NCBI GenBank assembly: GCA_051294905.1
Contig: CM119372.1
Location: 27,406,001 to 27,470,000, forward strand
Source of the DNA: Botryllus schlosseri
Lineage: Eukaryota
Reading direction: 5' to 3'
DNA length: 64,000 nt
How positions within the stretch are numbered: position 1 is the stretch's first letter; every line of letters begins with the position of its first letter. Position numbers and translations under genes: made by a program. Below are positions 25,571 through 40,300 of this stretch, piece after piece. The notes below the pieces were generated by a model. The model worked only from the letters and a program-made list of their open reading frames with translations. It searched no databases and had not been told where the DNA came from.

Positions 25571-25873
25571 TTTAGTATCCACACTCTGCCATCAAACAGC
25601 AAGATTTAGATCCGAATTGAAAACGATGCTGGAGACCAAATTTACACGATACAAAACAGAAGGCTTCTACAATATCTACTCTCAATAGTCGATTCACTAT
25701 GCGTGCAAAAATTGCCAGCATTTACACAGGCCACAAAACTTATGATGACAAGTTTGGCTCGCAGTTTTCACTAGGAAACTAATGTAACGAAATCATGAGT
25801 GACTTTATTATTCAAATGATCCACCTGGCAATGAAGAACTAGGAAAGGTCTCAATGTATAAATGTATGTATGG

Positions 25874-26796
25874 CAGTGTTGGGATGACGTTTTCATATGG
25901 CTTGACTTGACTCGAGTCACTTTGCAAAAATGATTTGACTTGACTTTAGTTGACTCGGCGCTTCAAAAATGTCAATTGACTCGTGACTCGGAGCAAAACT
26001 TACGAGTCAATTTCACGTCATCAAGTAAACGGTGTCGATAAAATCACCCTATCTTATGTACGTTCGGATTGTTCGCGATACGCCGATGTCACTTGAGAGG
26101 GCAACCAGTAATTCACTGATTGTAAAGGAAACGATCACGGCTTCCGTTGTCGTAGTAGTAGTAGATTAATCTAATAGCAACGTATCTTTGTTTTTTTAAC
26201 GGCTCGGTGCTTACATTACGCAGTGCTCACCTTTACCAATCCACTTGTATAATTTAAATCGGACGAACATAATTTATGCGTTTATATTCTCTCAGATAAG
26301 TAGATGGGTAGTGTAGGCTACTGTACCATATCAACTTGTTTCGACTTCTCGAGGCTTCGTATGCGATTCTGCATTTTGGTTGATAATGACAGACTGTAGC
26401 ATGAAGCTATACGCAGCAGTTACTCACGTATTTTACTAGCATTCCAAGTATGCGCGAGCGATACAACGTCTTTTTGCATTCGCATTTAACTTTATATTTG
26501 CTAGTTCATTCGACGCAAATGGCCAATTAATCTGTCTTTCGTCCAGTTTTAGTGATGATGCAAACTCACTACATATTGCTACTTCGAAAATCCAATTTGA
26601 CTTGCATCGTGACTTGACTCGTGACTTGACTTGACTCGACTCGACTTGACTTGACTCGAGTCACCGCGAAAAACAAGTGACTTGACTTGACTCGAGTCAC
26701 CTTTGAATATCGATTGACTTGACTTGACTCGAGTCAAAATGTGCAATGACTCGAGATGACTCGTAACTGGAAGGTAGTGACTTGATCCCAACACTG
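25874..26796. mobile_element. hAT-like MITE with TGACT/GACTCGAGTC subterminal repeats
   Basis: Ends CAGTGTTGGGAT...ATCCCAACACTG. No matching TSD seen. Confidence 0.65.
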
Positions 26797-28022
26797 TTGA
26801 TCTTTAATTTCAGACCACATCATATTTAAAGTGCAGTGCCTCTGGTGCTTTTCTGCTGTTTTGTTGTACACCAGACAATTTTAAATTTGACCATCCAATC
26901 GATCAATTGGGTTATTCGTGTGACTACCGCCAATTCAATAACATGTTGAATAGTGTATTGAAATCCGCTTTTCTGCAACTACAAAGGCTGTACCATATCA
27001 ACGAATACTTTTCTGCGCCTATGTTTTGACATAGTACGTACTTTATTTTGGCAATTCGGCGTATTCACGGTACTACATGGTTTTGTAGATTAACCTGTGA
27101 TAGCCTGACATCCAAATTTTTCATATTGACATATTGACTGTTTTTAATAACGGGAGAATCCGGAACAACCTCGTGCCAAGAACCATAAATCACTGTCGCG
27201 CTTCGGTGGTTCAACAAAGACGATGTCACAGTTCGATAATTGTAACTAGCTTTCGGCGTTTTTGGCGGAGGTATGTTGAACAGTGAAGATGGCAGTACGC
27301 TTGATTCCGATAAATACCGATGGATCTCAATTGACGGCGCGTGGAATCACCAATCGGCTTCATTTAACAATCTAATCATTGATCGGGAGACTGCTACCAA
27401 GCAAGGTTGGGCGGCACCCCGTAAATAGCCGCTTAGCATCAAACGAGCCTTAATAGATTCCACCTTTTTTGAAATAGCAGAAGTTAGTATCATCTTAAAT
27501 CTATGATCCCGAGTCCTTGAATTTATAATTGTTTTCATACGTGGTAGAACGGTGGCGGCATGAAATAAAATCCAACACAAAAACAGGAGGAGCCTTATGA
27601 TCTCATAAATGATACTGATTTTTGAGGAATTTTACTCAACGCACATCAACTTCGTAGGTGAAGTTTTCGTTGTTAAGTGCTTGAATGTCAGGCCTGTTTA
27701 ACAGTTTGACGGCTAAAATATTAATGTTTTTCCGAGGCCCCGCAGCGTTAGCTTTTGATCTTCGAATACAATTCAAAATGATACATATGAACCGTTATAT
27801 CATATCTATTTGTAGAATTTCTTTTTCTGGTATGGATGACAAATTCAGTCTGACGAAAAATCCGATATTATGGGTATGTTGCAGCATACTTGCCTCCCCT
27901 CACCCGGGTTGTAACCAAGTCACATGGTTCCGAGTCACGAGTCCATCTTGCTTTGGTGGTTTTGACTCGAGTCCAGTCGAGTCATTTTCAATTCATCACC
28001 AAGTCCAAGTCATCGTTTAAAG

Positions 28023-29128
28023 CAGTGGTTCCCAACCTTTTTTGACTCATCGCCCCCTTTTGAAGCTCCACACCGATCATCGCCCCCCAAATATTGGGAA
28101 CCGAAAAACAGCACTTCGTCCCCCTCAGCCAGTGGGCTTTTTGTCGCTACATATCAGCTATACCCTATTTCATGTACTGTCAGGTGAGTCACCGCATTTC
28201 GCGTAAACGCGCGAAGCGCGACAAATTTATATAATTCATGTTTGAATCGGTCAATATGGTCGATGTGGTATGTTGGAAAAGGTAGGACCCCTAAATAATA
28301 ATTAAACATCTTCGGCGGAATCGTTGTTATATTGACTTCATGACATGATTCTATTTCGTGACCTCCTATATCTGCTATGTCAGAAGATAAGGAAATCGTC
28401 AAAACGTACCAAACTAAAAGACGCACATGATTTCATATTGGTATTTCTTTACTGTCAAATAATTTATTCCTTGCGGGATGCCATTTGTCCTGTAGGGTTA
28501 AGGTCGCCAGGACAGGAACATTCGACGCCAGCCATTGAGGCGCCTATGGACAATTAAACATATATGTAATTATGTTTTATGAAGTTTTCGGTCAGCACAA
28601 GGGCATTCCTTTCGGACAAGGTCTTCTCGCTGCTGATCGTTCTGGCACACTTCTCGGAGTCGTATGTTACATGGCCTCTAACTTCATATGTCTTGGTGCG
28701 TCGTGGCGCAGTAATGACCGACGCCGAATTCTCCCATTTCCATAAATCATGCGTATTTTTGTTGCGTGACGGGGACCTCAACATCAAGATACATGAAAAT
28801 ATTAAATCGCGCCCAGCGCGAAAACTTTTGGAAAGTTCCCATGAATTTCTAAAAAATTACTCTATCATTCATGTTAATTCACGAAATAAATATGGGCTTC
28901 CTTCGATTTCAGGCCCCCCACTCCCAATTGGGGGTTTTTGGGTGCGGTAGTTACGGTCCCGACTCCAATATAGCCGTTTTACCGCGCCATCGCCCCCTTC
29001 GTTGTTTTCGCCCCCCATCGCCCCCTTCTTCCGTTTTCGCCCCCCTATCGCCCCCTTCGTTATTTTCGCCCCCCTAGACCGCCAAATCGCCCCCTGGGGG
29101 GCGATATCGCCCACGTTGGGAACCACTG
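28023..29128. mobile_element. hAT-Charlie MITE nested in 27904-31080
   Basis: TIR CAGTGGTTCCCAAC, TSD GTTTAAAG at 28015-28022 and 29129-29136, TCGCCCCC repeats. Confidence 0.9.
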
Positions 29129-30337
29129 GTTTAAAGGGTCAAGTCCGAGTCATAGTGTTATGACTCGAGTCCGAGTCCAAGTCACACTATTGAAGTAATG
29201 TTCAACTTATGTTTTCAATCCTGCTTGGGTGATATCGAATTCCCTGCTTGCCAAACATGCCTATTTTGTCCCTATCATAGTCTTGGCACATGTTTCTTTA
29301 GGCAGATAACGGACAGTTCCTGGCCTCATTTACCGATGCTACAGATAGACGAGCCAGGCAGCCAATATGATGACTTTACTAATCTTAGAAATTTAAATCA
29401 AATATCTGTCTTGTCAGTCTGATACATCACAGATACAAGCATTCAGTTTTTTTTATTACGAGCACATCGACGACAGCTCATAAATAGCTTTTAGAGAACC
29501 AACGAATTCACGTCTACATACTGTCTGATAGAGAACCAGCGAATTCACGTCTAGATGCCAGTTGATAGAGAATCAACAGATGCATGTTTATGTCGAGGTA
29601 GAGTTTTTATTTCACATTATCAGGTGGTTGACTAAAATAGGCCAACTTGCCTGCTCAGCTCCCGAAATAGCCGCCGGAGCGTTACTTCAGGACTGATTTA
29701 CTGTATTTTAGTCGAATTTGACCTACATTTACCAAAAATTTTAAAAAAACGGACGAAATCTCAAAAAGGAGGCTACTTCTTAAAATTGTTAGATTGCCTA
29801 AAAGATCTTAAATTTGGCTCAATTCCATCCAGTAGAAAGCAATGCTATGAGAAAAAATTTGGATTAATTACAAATAGAGACTTTCGAATTTTACTGGCTA
29901 CCTCATGACATTATTAGATTGTGTAAAAATATGATTCATAGCAAATTTGGCTCAATTCTAACTAGAGGAAGCGAAGTTATTAGAGTGGAATATTTTGGAT
30001 ATGGAAAAATAGTCGGCTTACTACTAGTATGTAATTATATTACATGAGAGAATTTCCCACTAAAAATACTCCATTTATTTTCAAATCCAAAATTTTCTCC
30101 TCTCATATCATTGATTCTACTTTTTAAAATTAAGCCAGATTCAGTGTTCTTTGTATGCAACATAACAATTTTATCAGGCTGCCAACCAGTAGAAGAAAAA
30201 AGAAGTTATTTTTGAACAGCCCTATTGTACAAACATCACACAACATTAGCCATTCAATATTACTCATGTGCACAATGCATACACCTAACAAAACGTCCAA
30301 TGAACGGAGGGTATTGTCTGTTTTCACAGAGAGCAGA

Positions 30338-30598
30338 TCAAATCAATGAGTTACACTTCAAAAATAATAAAGTGGAAAGGAGATCCTCGGATATGTTAAA
30401 GCGGCATGGCCTTAGAATAAATCCACATCTACTGAATACAAGTTCTACTGGTGCACTAGATGCAGGAAGCGACAAGCATTTTTGAACCACACTGAAGAGC
30501 ATTAGATACTCATTCTTTCTAGTCGTCCAAAAATGCAAAGAATCATCGCCTTCAAATCTACACATGAGCTTATCAGTCTCTTCGAAGTACTTGGCCAT
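30338..30598 (-). pseudogene. hAT transposase C-terminal dimerisation domain remnant
   Basis: LHFW...YLML...CLSLPASSAPVELVFS...LLFLKCN. Confidence 0.85.
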
Positions 30599-32931
30599 CT
30601 GAGTTATTTCATTGGCTCTAATTGAACTTTGCTTCGATTGTTTGCTTGTATATTTGAAAAGTCTTGAGTCGGCTACTTTGATTGCGGAGGATCTATTACT
30701 TCTTCATCACTGGATGATTTTGTACAATGCATGCTATTATGTACCATGGTCTGTTGTTTTTACGGTGGTATATCTGATATCAGACGAGTGAAACGAAAGC
30801 AGTGATGACAAATAGCGATATCGGCAGAATTCGTCAGATGCGTTGATTCAACCATTACGATTCGCAAATTTCTTTATCTTCAAGTCATATAAAATAAGCC
30901 GAGTCAATGACTTGGGTCGAGTCATGCGTAATGACTCGAGTACAAGTCGAGTCAATCCAAATATTGACTCGAGTCGAGTCATTTTCCAATTTCAAGTGAC
31001 TCGAGTCAAGTCGAGTCACAGAAAAATCGGGACTCGAGTCTGACTCGAGTCGAGTCATGACTCAAGTCATTACAACACTGCCCCTCACCCCACGTTACCG
31101 GATTGATGTACCATAAACAGGAATTGGATGGGCGGATAAATCAAATGATAAATCAAAGGAGCTCAGGTACAGTAACGACGCATCATTGTAGACTTTATTG
31201 ATAACATCAGCAAATGTGCATTCGTTATTTTGCAAGTAAGAAGCGATAACCTGGATATCTGTTAAGATGGCAAACTGAATCAGGGATATCCAACCTGCGG
31301 CCCACCAGCTCGCTAGTAGTTTTCAATCCAACTAGTAATTTGAACTTATAATCTCAGCCTTTAAAATGTGCCAGTCATCTTCTCCGTCCTCCTTTTTATT
31401 TCTCATGCGTGATTGATGACGAAATTGAGATTGTTGCGCGATAATGCCTCCAGAGACTGGTTGAATGAGGCTATACAGAGTGCCGAGTGCAAGTTACGAC
31501 ATTTGTTTTCTTGTTTTCATAATGCTGTGTTGGTGACAGTTGTTATTTTCAAATGCAACTTTTTGCTGCAACTATTCGTAAAATTAGGTACAACAAAAAT
31601 TATAGGCTCAATATGATTCGTTTCTTGGCAAATTAAACGATGTTACATCTTCTTCTAAATTCAACATTGAAAAAGGAAATGGAAATTTTTGTATGTATTC
31701 GTTGAGAACATGGATAATAATTTTGTTACATCCGTCTATCGTAAGGCTGTATTCAGTGGCGAGTAGCCTCAATGGAATTCATTTTGCCGTAAAATCAATT
31801 TGACAAGACAGCTTGTACACCGGACCCCAAGTAGCACCCTATGGAGCACCAAAGACCAACTTTTTTGGAGGGGAGGGGATGACGAAGTACTGTTTCGGTA
31901 TTGCAGCTGTATACCGGGAATATTCATTACTCTGGCAACACAATTTTGTTGACCATTATCAGACAATTGATTTTGACTAATATTTGGCGCTGAATTAAAA
32001 AATGACGCCCGTTTTTCTCTATCACGTCAATTTTTTGGGTTAGGCACCCGCCACATTGTCCCATAACCCACATAATAGCACTACCTTTAATATTTGTATT
32101 TATTGTATAAAATGTTTCAAAAACCACAAGCAATCGAAAGTAAATCAATAGACTTCAAATAAACATTTGCACCGCTTTATTTGGATGATTTAAACTGATA
32201 TTGCTTCTACAGGACCGATAAAGTGCGAGTTTCAGGGTCCAAATTTACGCTAATAACACATAATTCTGTAGGTTGTCTAGTTTGATACTCGAGAAATAGA
32301 CAGCCAACATATGTAAGCTCCAATCTACTCTGGTATCTCAGCCCCATCATCTTCAGATGTTGGGGGATGTTTTCTCCTTTCCCATTTCTGACTATGTCAA
32401 GGTTTTCAGGGAAATTATTTAGATATTTTAGCTTTTTGAATGTCTGCTGTCCGACACAAACACATGGCAGTGACACATGTGTATCAGGGTTATTACATGT
32501 GCATTGTGCATCCTTGTAGTCTGGCCACTAAGAAAACAGGATATTTGAAAGTTGACACATATGATCCAATCGTGCTCGTGATATTGCAACAATTTAATGT
32601 TTCTGTATTATTCACGCAGACTAACTGAGTGTGCAATTGATAATGCACCCAAAACGTTGCGACTTTGGAGAATGCCACACTTTAGGATCTTTTTTGAGTT
32701 ACCTATAGGCATTTGCCATTCACTTGAGTTGTAAATCGGGATTCCTAGCCCACCAGTAATCCATGGTAACATTATCTGGCCAATGGCAGTATCACAGCAA
32801 TGCACAAAGCTACCGATTGTAGGCCTACGAAGAAAAGGCTGTTTCTCGTGATCGAAAGTGAGATATCTTCTCTATCTTGCCAACTAATCCTTTCTCACTT
32901 CGTAAGGATGGTGAAAGTCCAAAGATTTCTC

Positions 32932-33336
32932 TTCCAAGTCTCAAAGCTTATGTCAGATCATTAACTCGTGTTGATGGTCTACTCTACGTTCTATATCATT
33001 TTCGATTTCAAAATCTTCATCATTAGGCCTGCTATCCCGAAGATCTTCATCTTGATCCAAATTATCTTCCAAGTCTCAAAGCTTATGTCAGATCATTAAC
33101 TCGTGTTGATGGTCTACTCTACGTTCTATATCATTTTCGATTTCAAAATCTTCATCATTAGGCCTGCTATCCCGAAGATCTTCATCTTGATCCAAATTAT
33201 CTTCCAAGTCTCAAAGCTTATGTCAGATCATTAACTCGTGTTGATGGTCTACTCTACGTTCTATATCATTTTCGATTTCAAAATCTTCATCATTAGGCCT
33301 GCTATCCCGAAGATCTTCATCTTCATCCAAATTATC
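32932..33336. repeat. 135-bp unit repeated three times in tandem
   Basis: CTTCCAAGTCTCAAAG starts at 32931, 33066 and 33201. Confidence 0.9.
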
Positions 33337-33342
33337 GAGCGT

Positions 33343-33519
<177 letters not shown>

Positions 33520-33681
33520 TTTATTTTTTCATCCAACCAAAATACATAACACACGGCAGTGGTGGTTTTACAGAAAATATGCATGCACAGTACTCGGTAT
33601 TAGATAGGAATGATCGATAAGACCGTGAAGGTCATCTAGTCTGATCACACCAGCATCAAACAGGTACACTTGACTCTAAAC

Positions 33682-34919
33682 CAGTGGTTCTCAACCTTTT
33701 TGTCTTCGCGGACCCCTTCCGGACCGTCACGGACCCCGCGGACCCCCACGAAGCTTTAGATCAAATTTAGCTCAATTATCATGCAATCGCCATTTGACTT
33801 GTGCAAGTGATAGCTGTAGGCTTAGTTATAAAAAGCAACGAAATGACTTTTCTTGAAAATAAGATCATACTCTTCGTTCGTGTTGAAATTGGGATGACTT
33901 TTAATATTTCAAAGTAAAATCTGCAACTGCATATCCTGAAATACGGGGTGGTGTCTTGAAAATACGCACCTTCGGTTTGATATGTACGAGTGCCGAAAAT
34001 TAATTCCCACAATTTTAGGTTATGGCGAATGTAATAATAACGCGTAACGCTTCCGACGACACATTTGGGTATGATCGCAACAAATATGGCACCAAAATGG
34101 AAAAGCGATTTTTTCAATGTACATACAACGTCAAGCCTGGTCATTTCTATCTAGCACAGGGGTGTCAAACATATGGCCCGTTGGCTGCATCCGGCTTGTC
34201 AGACCACTTCATCCGGCCCGCGAGGCCATTCTGAGTAAATTGAAAAAAAATTAATCTCATTATCCGACAGATTTTTAACAGAAGTTGAGATTTTACTACT
34301 AAATAATTCGACGCAAATAATCCAGCATATTTTTCACCACGAATAGGTCGGACCAACGACGCATATCCGTTGTCCAGTGACATTGTCCACTAAAACGGGC
34401 ACAGAAATATTTCAATGATATCCTCGTTACAGCCACTCTTATAGTAGGTAATAAATGTATTCAATTGGCCAATTATCGTATTTTTGCCAATTCCATTGTT
34501 TGCGAATAACGTTGTTGCTGGAATAAAGTGGGCCCACATATTCCGTGATATCAATAAAGCATTCCAGTGAAAAGCAAAGATATGGATGTCGACATAGCAT
34601 ATTGAAATTATTTGACTGGTCCGGTCCGCGAGTGACTAAAACTCCACAAAACTCCATCAAACAGCAAAATGTTTGTATCAGTAGGCTATTGGCAATTTTG
34701 GGATTAAAATGAGCCCGCACAGTACGATATTGCATCTCAGACGGCCATACTGTTGATGTGAGCTCTGGAGTTTTACTAGTAATGAAGCGAAACTGTACCA
34801 CGTGATTTCCCTATTAAAAAATACAAATTAGGTTATCAAATATTTTGAGGCTTCGCGGACCCCCTGAAAATGCTTCGCGGACCCCCAGGGGTCCGCGGAC
34901 CCCCGGTTGAGAACCACTG
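33682..34919 (-). mobile_element. hAT-Charlie MITE (4840-6285 family) in the LINE 3' UTR
   Basis: TIR CAGTGGTTCTCAACC. TSD CTCTAAAC at 33674-33681 and 34920-34927. Confidence 0.9.
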
Positions 34920-35039
34920 CTCTAAACAGTCTGGCTGTAAAAAATGTTGCGGTGGTTAAAAAAATTGAATAGAAGAAAAATCAAACGATGGTAGCAAATG
35001 ATCAATGAAGCAATGTCTGGGCGAGGTAGGGCAACAGTG

Positions 35040-36974
35040 TTAATGTAACGACAAGAGGTGATCAAGTAGGGCTTTTTTGAATCTATCATAAGGCAATTCA
35101 CGGATATGTGGTGGTAATGCATTCCAGATGATAGGTCCCGAGTAGTCGATAGATCTCTTAGTAAGGTTGCTATTGGGTGGGGGTAAGTAGATATTTCCTT
35201 TAGACGAGGATCTCGTGTAATGGGAGTGGACATTTTTAGCAGGCACGAAAAAGTCATCAAACACAGGATGCAAACTTTCGGAAAAATGTTTGTGAATGAC
35301 TTTTGATGCTTCGAAGCGATATAGTTTGTCAACTTGCAAAATTCGGTGCTTACGGTAGTAAGGCGATAGTTTGGTGCGTAAATGTACAGATGAGATCAGC
35401 AGTATTGCACGGTTTTGCAGGAATCTAATTCTGCACAAAAATGTTGTGCATGCACTTCCCCATACTACGATTCCATATTGCAGGTGAGAGTGGAAAAGAG
35501 AGAAATATATGGTTCGTAGTATTGATCTGGGAACCAAATATTGCAGACGGGTCATTATTCCCACACACCGAGCTAGTTTCGATATTGTGCATTCAATATG
35601 CTGCTTCCAAGACATTTTGGCATCAATGGTGACGCCGAGGTATTTTGCTGAGTCACATATGGAGATTTGTTTATGATTCATGTTCACAGTGTAACTATGA
35701 TTGGCATTATTCAAAAGGAGCATCTCGGTCTTATCGGCATTCAAACTTAAGTTGCTTGCTTGCAGCCATCTTGACACTTTTGAGAGTTCCCTATTCACGG
35801 ATGCATGCGAATCATCGACAGTGTTGGAGGTTATGATTATGAAGAGGTGAGTATCATCAGCAAATAGGGTTGTGCGGAATAAAGATGCATTAACAATGTC
35901 GTTAATATAAATGAGGAAAAAGTCGGTCCAAGGACTGAGCCTTGTGGCACTCCACAAGTTATATCTCTGGTGGTCGTTCTTAATGTCCCCAGTTTAACAA
36001 ATTGTTTGCGGTTTGCCAGGTAGCTTTCAAGTAGAGTTGCTGCAATACCCCTGATTCCATAGTGTTCTAGATTGTATCTTAAGATTCTGTGGTTAAATGT
36101 GTCGAAAGCTTTGCGGAGGTCGATAAAAATGCCGCAGCCATTTTGTTTTGCTTGGTGGTTTTGTAATAGTCCGTTACAATTGATGATATTGCATGGTTGG
36201 TGCTGTGGCTTGATCTGAATCCATGCTGAGTCGGAGACAGTACTGCATTCAATTCCAAAAAAATTCTTGAGTCGGCAGTCAATCAGTTTCTCAAAAACCG
36301 TGGCAAGATTTTGCAAAACAGATATTGATCGGTAGTTAGAAATTAGCTTTTTACAGCCTTTCTTAAACACTGGCATTACCCTTGCAGTTTTCAGTGCATC
36401 AGGGAAAATGCCTATAGACGTATCGACACATTAAAGAAAATGCATATAACATCACCAATAATATTAAAGACTAGCTTCAGAAAGTGAGTTGGGATGAGAT
36501 CGGGCCCTACTGCTTTGTTACTTTTCATTTCAGATAATATGATAGCAACTTCTCCATTACTTGTCGGCTCAAGAAAAATGGATTTCTGAGGGCCAGGACT
36601 CAAGTACGAGAGAAAGTCATTGCAGGAGTTTGGTATTGAAGCTGCAAGATCCGGACCAATGTTGCAAAAATACTGATTGAAATTTTCTGCTACTGCAAGC
36701 TGGTCCTTGATCATGCTGCCATTCTCGAGGAGCTCGATGTCAACAGCACTCTTGGGAGCATTACCTTTAGTTAGGTTGACACTTTCTCCAATGGTTTTCC
36801 ATGTGTTCTTGGGATCTTTGGAGCACTCTTCGAATCTTTTGTGGAAGTATGCCTTTTTGGCATTTTCTTTCATATGTGTCACTTGGTTTGCATATATTTT
36901 GTACAGTTTTTTGCCTTCGCTTGTGCCTTGCAGATAGTAGTGCTTATGCATCCAATCCCTTATTTTGATCGCAA
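35040..36974 (-). pseudogene. LINE ORF2 reverse transcriptase region (frameshifted)
   Basis: NYRSISVL, QHGFR, FIDLRKAFDT, GVPQGSVLGP, LFADDT and KYLGVTID spread over several frames. Confidence 0.92.
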
Positions 36975-36994
36975 CTAGTAAGTAGTATAGTCGA

Positions 36995-37330
36995 TCGCTC
37001 GTGACGGGCTATGGGGCTCTTATGGGCGGGGTGGTGACGCGCCTGAAAATCGGGGGTGGTGATGCGCCTTTTTAGACCCCCCTTGCGGCGGTGATGCGCC
37101 ATGTGTTCTTATGGGTGCGGTCGTGATTCGCCTTTTCGGCTATAGGCTGCGGCGGTGACGCGCCAGAAAACCCGGGGTGGTGACTCGCCTTTTTTGCTAT
37201 AGGTGGTGGCGGTGAGTCGTATTTCATGTATTCTTACAGGGTCTCTGCTGATTCACCATGTGTTCTTATGGGCGTGGCGGTGATTCGTACTTTCGAGTAT
37301 AGGCATCTCTCGCGTGGTGTTGAATATGTA
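36995..37330. repeat. GC-rich subterminal motif array GGTGA(C/T)(G/T)CGCC, mirrored at about 51785-52120
   Basis: About 10 copies of the motif, plus recurring ATGTGTTCTTATGGG. Confidence 0.75.
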
Positions 37331-40300
37331 CGAGTCACCAACAATAACCGCGCAAACGGAAACGCTGTTTGTTGTGAGAATTAAGCAGTGCGACCTATAT
37401 TTCGAATGACCTGCGCGCTGAATTGTTGCCCATACAGCTGTGTGCTACTATCGTATCGATTATTACACTAATCCAGTCAGTGCGAAATAGTTTGCTAAAT
37501 CTAGGAATCACTTCCAAGGTAATATTTTGGTAATTAGTTTACCGCAGAGCCGGCGTAGTCGGCGATTCGAATATCAACAATAACCGCGTTCACAAACTAA
37601 CACTTCAAAAATGTGTGAAATAGTTTGCAAAACCCCGCGATCTCTGACAAGATAATGACTCGGGTGACATGATAACGTTACAGGTATAGGCTGAGGTGGT
37701 GATTCGCCATGTGTTCTTATGGGTGCGCTCGCACGTCGTACTTTCAAGTATAGGTATCTCTCGCATGTCGTATTGGAAACTCGTGTTGGCTCGCTCACGC
37801 GGTGAAATTTTAGTAATCAGTTTGTCGCAGAACTTGATTTCACTCATAAGATTTAATAAGTAACGAATAACAGACCGCCAGTGTCGGTAACTTGAATAGC
37901 GACAAATCGTCACTTATTTCCGCTCTAAGCCTAATCCTTTGTGAAGTGAACGCTTATTCAAAAGGTTGTGATATAATTTCAAAATCCAACGACCACTCAC
38001 CGGATAATGCTGCAGACATAGCACTCTCTCATGCCCGCTCACAAGGTAATATTTCGGTAATTAGTTTGTCACAGAACCGTCGCAGACGGTGTGATTCAAA
38101 ACCAGCAATTTGTCACTTGCCCGCGATCGCTATATGTTTTGACACTTCAGAAGAGTGGTTGACTTTAGTTGCGTGATACAAATCATGAGAATATTCAATC
38201 AATGCGTCAATTTGTCAACTCGAAATGAAACTCACTACACAGTTCAAGTTGATTCGTATCTGAATGTGTTAATTCGGTACAATTCTAATTATTTTGAGAA
38301 ATCTTTTCGTGATCTTTTGATTCGACTGCAACCTGAATATTACTGACACCGACTTTCAGTCACATCGAATTATTCGCACACTCCGCGCCGTCGTTTTCAT
38401 AGCTATAGAATCAATACCAACTATAACTCTACAAGAATCAAGAATCACAAGTATGTGCATTATACAGTTATTGTCTTTATCAACATGAAATCAAACTCTT
38501 AACAAAAACACGCAACTAATCATTTGGCAACTCTAGCATTACCAAAAAATTCCAGTATTGTTGATTGAAAATCCTTGAGTCATTATTATCAAAAATGTTA
38601 AAGTACCGCATCGGAATCCATTCGCGGGATGTACTAAAGGTAAATCCAGATAATCCAAAATGAAATATTTGGACTTTGACAAACATGACTACCAACTTTG
38701 ATCCAGTCACATTTCAAGATTACACTTTGAAACAATCCTTGAAACTTACAACTCTATTCACGACTGAGTTTTCCGTTTATCAGTTTCAGTAAATACTATC
38801 GCGATATTTTAATGTGTTACTACGCACAATCGAATCAATCAATGAAATAGCACCTGTTGTAAATATTTCTAACTTGACAACCACTTATGCATACCGCGAT
38901 CGACTTGTGACGCGATGAGTTAAATCGGAATATTTCAATCTATTTTTCGAAACCTTGAACAAGCTATCAGGTTTTTTTTTTTGTAATCGAGTGAACGGAA
39001 ATAGTATTACGTCTCAACATTTTACCATCTTCCCATAAACAAAAGAGTAAAATACAAAAAACCTTGTCAAGTCAATCCGTTTGTAACTTACCCAACCAAA
39101 GCAAAAAGTATCCTTATGAAAAGTAGACAAGACTACGCCAGTAATCACCACAATCCAAAATCCATAGCAAGTTCGGTTGTATTCATAGTCCACCAACTCG
39201 TATTTTTATTCAACTGTAAAAGTCGTTACTACTCTGCTAGACAAAAAAAAATTACTATGTGGTATATTTTGTAAGACAAAAGTAATTACTTCTCGGTGTC
39301 AGCGACTTGAGATTAACATATGTTTTGAGTATATGATATTTGAATGTCTGACCAACGTAGTTAAGAATTCATTTCTTACGACCGAACACCGGTATTACAT
39401 TGAAAGTTATCATGCTGTAAACATAAGGATTGACACATGGATTTGACATATGTAATAGTTGATCATGACTTGATTATTAAATTATTCGCGTTAATTAGAC
39501 CCGGTGTTGCGGTAAAGGTTATTATGACAACAACAAACTTTTCACCACCGTGGTTATCAACATATTGATTTGTAAAACTATACTTGTCTGAAATGTTCTT
39601 GGTTTGAAAGATATTCCGTGTTGGTACAAATCACTCTGTGTATTACGGATATCAGAAAATATTTTTACAAATGTAGTTGTTTCCAGTAACCAAGACTAAA
39701 GACGACACAACAATTTCGTTTGGAATATTTTTATTGGACGCATCCTATTCTACTAGACTTGAGTAATACACAAAACTCATAGCATTAACAAAATCGCAAT
39801 AGGCGCTACACTGAAATCTACAAAATGTGTTTGTATTGTTACTCAAAGTAGTGATCATAAATTATCATTTAAATAAGTAATTGTAATCATAAAACCAAAC
39901 TTGTGAAAGTCATTACCATAACAAAAGAATATTGTAGGTTGCTTGCTAAATGTATGCCGGAAATATTTGTAGAACGCTCACGACCAAAGAAATCGGGAAT
40001 TTCTCCCCATTGTCATTCGTCAAAGTATATGTTGTCACAATACTCATCCCGTCAAAGATCTTACTTGTATGTGATTGAATCGCCGGTAATTAACTCGCTA
40101 AATCAAACCATAGGGAAATTTCACTCAGTCATCGGATATGAAACAGCGTCGCTTAATCGGCGTAGAGCGTTTTTCTAAATGCAAATCATACCTGACCAAC
40201 AGAAAACAATTTTCACTCACCTTGTAATGAAACCAAGCGGTGGGTCTTCGTTCAATATTTTGTCTGTGGCAAATACTTTGCAATAAACACACACACTGGA

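Larger units (their letters stand above)
27904..31080 (-). mobile_element. Non-autonomous hAT element retaining the transposase C-terminus
   Basis: TSD CCCCTCAC at 27896-27903 and 31081-31088, GAGTC repeats, remnant ORF 30338-30598. Confidence 0.85.
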
